Assembly: GCA_025201805.1 (NCBI GenBank)
Contig: MU619279.1
Location: forward strand, 62,001-126,000
DNA length: 64,000 bases
From: Parasitella parasitica NRRL 2501
Taxonomy: Eukaryota; Fungi; Mucoromycota
Direction of reading: 5' to 3'
Below are positions 62,722-64,000 of this stretch, one piece after another. A program made the translations under genes and the position numbers. Below the pieces are notes generated by a model. That model ran no database searches. It was not told where the DNA came from and was given only the letters and a program-made list of their open reading frames with translations. Numbering within the stretch: position 1 is the stretch's first letter; each line of letters begins with the position of its first letter.

Positions 62722-64000
62722 ATGGAATTTTCAGCAGTTATTACATCCGAAGGCTTCAGAAGTTAGTGCATGTTTTTACAATAAACGATTTTAAAGATAA
62801 TAACTCGACTAGCCTAGTTTTTTCGGGCACTCTCCAAGTTCTGGCAGCTTTGGGTGAAGTAGTTACTTTAGAGATACACAATGGGCAGGTATGGCTTATC
62901 AGGTCAACCTTCACACATCAGCTAATAAAAGATCAGTTTGTCATGAGCACGCTGAATAGTTCTAGAACTGGCCAAGGTGTTGTGCATCTTTCTAGAGACT
63001 TTTTCAAAGACTACATTTTACTAAGACGAGGTTCACCTGACACAGTTTTGCGATGCAATGTTTTAAACAAGGTAAACACAGATTAATTGACTAAAACTGT
63101 AACTAACTGAATTTTCTATAGCAATTTTATAGCATTATCAAAAAAAATATGGCAGGCTACAAATCAATCAATGAATGCCAGCTCAGAATCACGCAAGGCA
63201 ACATCAACGCTGTGAATCACACAGAATCAAGAATCTACATGAAGATTCTGTATAATAATGGAGTGACGAAAAAGAATACGCTTTGGTATTCGAACGGTGA
63301 TCCAGTTGTCATGTTTTGCAAGAGTAGATACGAGAGTAAATTGGTGTGTCAGCCGCAGTTGTTGAAAGATTTTCTCGTTCGATTTGATCATAAAACCCAA
63401 GATATAGAGTTTATCTGCACCGAACAGGGCCTAGTATTGAAAACACATCCCGAAAGCAGAACTTTATCTACAGGTAATTTTGCAGACTTTTGAATTTACA
63501 CTGTCTATTAACATTACAGTATAAAGGTGATCCACCTGTCAAATCAATGTTTCTCATTTACAAGGCAGATTTTGCGACATTCGACATCAAAAGAAATGCG
63601 AAACTTGTCATAAACCTCAAAGAATTCAAGTCAATTGTGGACTATGTCGAGTATTTAGGTGGTGCCCTGGAGCTTCAGTACGAAGCTCCAGGATTGTGAG
63701 TGCATTTTTGTATTCAGAACGTATAAATGTACTAATCTAAAACCTAGGCCAATCTTGAATACGTACACATTACCAAATAAAGTGATGTCGTTTCTGGCTT
63801 TACAATCAGTGCCACCTCATGTCTATGATTCACAAGACGAACCAGACGAAGTAAGCTTTGTAGATACTCACGAACTTGATTATACCCCGTCTTCTAACTC
63901 AAGGCGCCTGACACCAACACCAGCACAGGCCTCAACGGTGCCTATTGGTTCTGGAACAAGCGGCAACACAAGAGAGGACGATGACGACGAGCCATTATTT
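62722..64000 (+). CDS. RAD9: 9-1-1 checkpoint clamp subunit Rad9 (RAD9A/Ddc1 family), runs off the window
   Basis: Spliced product MEFSAVI...FSGTLQVLAALGEVVTLE...MSTLNSSRTGQ...FF...LRCNVLNK, GVTKK and INLKEFKSIV...YEAPG|P, consistent with the PCNA-like Rad9 fold. Confidence 0.8.

Overview
This is gene-dense, intron-rich eukaryotic DNA with short GT-AG introns and A/T homopolymers. Its style and gene content suggest an early-diverging fungus, most likely Mucoromycota/Mucorales (an inference from the sequence alone). About 28 protein-coding genes can be reconstructed. Recognisable genes: LYS9 (partial), HSP60, REI1, SGT1, UMP1, RPS22/uS8, YJU2, C1-THF synthase and RAD9 (partial). Family-level calls: an SFP1-like zinc-finger protein, a UDP-glycosyltransferase, three MFS transporters, a Yvc1/TRP-like channel, a GH18 chitinase, an ABC1/ADCK kinase, a SAM methyltransferase, a biotin carboxylase, an amidohydrolase, an arrestin-like protein, an AIG1-type GTPase, HSF and Zn2Cys6 transcription factors, a ThrE/PRM10-like protein and a RING protein. 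The most interesting features are ones the ORF track does not show. (1) A degraded Fanzor/TnpB-type RNA-guided nuclease relic at about 16.6-17.0 kb, with a candidate omegaRNA region. (2) A box H/ACA snoRNA in the RPS22 coding intron whose 5' pocket matches the snR44/SNORA36 18S target. (3) An in-frame upstream ATG that would give C1-THF synthase a mitochondrial presequence. (4) A full-length but inactivated DD34E Tc1/IS630 transposon with asymmetric, repeat-bearing ends. (5) A small protein with a SERTA/Ecm13-like motif. All calls come from reading the sequence by eye; no database searches were run.
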